The notes beneath the pieces are model-generated. The model had not been told where the DNA came from. It did not search any database and saw only the letters and a program-made list of their open reading frames with translations. 20,000 nucleotides of DNA from Vicugna vicugna (taxonomy: Eukaryota), in assembly GCA_013265495.1 (NCBI GenBank), contig MU057651.1:858318-878317 (forward strand), read 5' to 3'. Positions 18,709-20,000 of this stretch are shown in pieces (positions within the stretch are counted from its first letter, which is position 1; each line of letters begins with the position of its first letter). Position numbers and translations under genes: made by a program.

Positions 18709-19370
18709 TTTTTTAAAACATTTATTGATTTATAATCATTTTACAATGTTGTGTCAAATTCCAGTGTAGAGCACCATTTTTCAGTTATACATGAACATAT
18801 ATATATTCATTGTCACATTTTTTTCTCCGTGAGCTACCATAAGATCTTGTGTATATTTCCCTGTGCTATACAGTATAATCTCATTTATCTATTCTACAAT
18901 TTTTAAATCCCAGTTTATCCCTTCCCACGCTCTTCCCCCTTGGCAACCATGAGTTTGTATTCTATGTCTATGAGTCTGTTTCTGTTTTGTATTTATGCTT
19001 TGTTTGATTTTGTTTTTGTTTTTAGATTCCACATATGAGTGATCTCATAGGGTATTTTTCTTTCTCTTTCTGGCTTACTTCACTTAGAATGACATTCTCT
19101 AGGAACATCCATGTTTCTGCAAATGGCGTTATGTTGTCCGTTTTTATGGCCGAGTAGTATTCCATTGTATAAATATACCACCTCTTCTTTATCCAGTCAT
19201 CCATTGATGGACATTTAGGCTGTCTCCATGTCTTGGCTATTGTAAATAGTGCTGCTATGAACATTGGGGTGCAGGTGTCATCCTGAAGTAGGGATATAAG
19301 CCCAGGAGTGGGATTCCTAGGTCATACAGTAATTCTATTCCTAGTCTTTTGAGGAATCTCCATACTGTTT

Positions 19371-19564
19371 NNNNNNNNNNNNNNNNNNNNNNNNNNNNNN
19401 NNNNNNNNNNNNNNNNNNNNNNNNNNNNNNNNNNNNNNNNNNNNNNNNNNNNNNNNNNNNNNNNNNNNNNNNNNNNNNNNNNNNNNNNNNNNNNNNNNNN
19501 NNNNNNNNNNNNNNNNNNNNNNNNNNNNNNNNNNNNNNNNNNNNNNNNNNNNNNNNNNNNNNNN
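19371..19564. other. Assembly gap (N)
   Basis: Run of N. Confidence 0.99.
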
Positions 19565-19690
19565 CCTTTTGCCCTAGATTGGGTTGTTTAGCTGTTTCTT
19601 ATTAAGTCGTATGTGCTGCTTATATATTCTGGAGATCAAGCCTTTGTCGGTTTCATTTGCAAAAATTTTCTCCCATTCCATAGGATAGGT

Positions 19691-19874
19691 NNNNNNNNNN
19701 NNNNNNNNNNNNNNNNNNNNNNNNNNNNNNNNNNNNNNNNNNNNNNNNNNNNNNNNNNNNNNNNNNNNNNNNNNNNNNNNNNNNNNNNNNNNNNNNNNNN
19801 NNNNNNNNNNNNNNNNNNNNNNNNNNNNNNNNNNNNNNNNNNNNNNNNNNNNNNNNNNNNNNNNNNNNNNNNNN
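19691..19874. other. Assembly gap (N)
   Basis: Run of N. Confidence 0.99.
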
Positions 19875-20000
19875 TGTTTAAGTCTCCATTTTGAGTTTAT
19901 TTTTGTGTATGGTGTAAGGGAGTGTTCTAGCTTCATTGATTTACATGCTGCTGTCCAGTTTTCCCAATACCATTTGCTGAAGAGACTGTCTTTACTTTAT

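Larger units (their letters stand above)
18709..20000 (-). mobile_element. Young L1 (camelid-type), 3'UTR plus ORF2 3' part, running off the window
   Basis: ORF 19022-19264 (MFIAALFTIAKTWRQPKCPSMDDWIKK..WYIYTMEYYSAIK) and ORF 19574-19936 ([17 protein letters not shown]...EWEKIFAN...DKGLISRIYK) are L1 ORF2. Confidence 0.95.

Noticed and set aside
19349..19936. ORFs containing long X runs as genes
   Set aside because: They span assembly gaps; the readable parts are L1 ORF2 or its antisense

Overview
This is mammalian (eutherian) non-coding genomic DNA. It is probably camelid or another artiodactyl, inferred from the style of the young L1 3' ends and the lack of Alu, B1, Bov-tA, PRE-1 or Can-SINEs. 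Roughly half of the window is interspersed repeat: many MIRs, L2 fragments, a MER20B, MER5-family hAT elements, a MaLR (MLT1) LTR split by an L1, and L1 fragments of several ages. The last L1 is young, runs off the right edge and contains two assembly gaps. I recognise no host protein-coding exon; the only ORFs with recognisable homology are L1 ORF2 remnants. The most informative features are non-repetitive and regulatory. (1) A CpG-retaining promoter-like motif cluster at ~1.8-2.15 kb (NRF1 palindrome, CCAAT, GC box, ETS core). (2) Three CTCF motifs in +/-/+ order at 4.8, 12.1 and 12.9 kb. (3) A CpG-rich promoter/first-exon-like element at 12.8-13.1 kb with an RFX X-box, a CTCF site, an interrupted CTG/CAG repeat and a perfect Kozak context in front of TTG. 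I found no convincing new biological system. Repeat family names come from recalled consensus sequences and need Dfam/RepeatMasker confirmation, and repeat boundaries are approximate.
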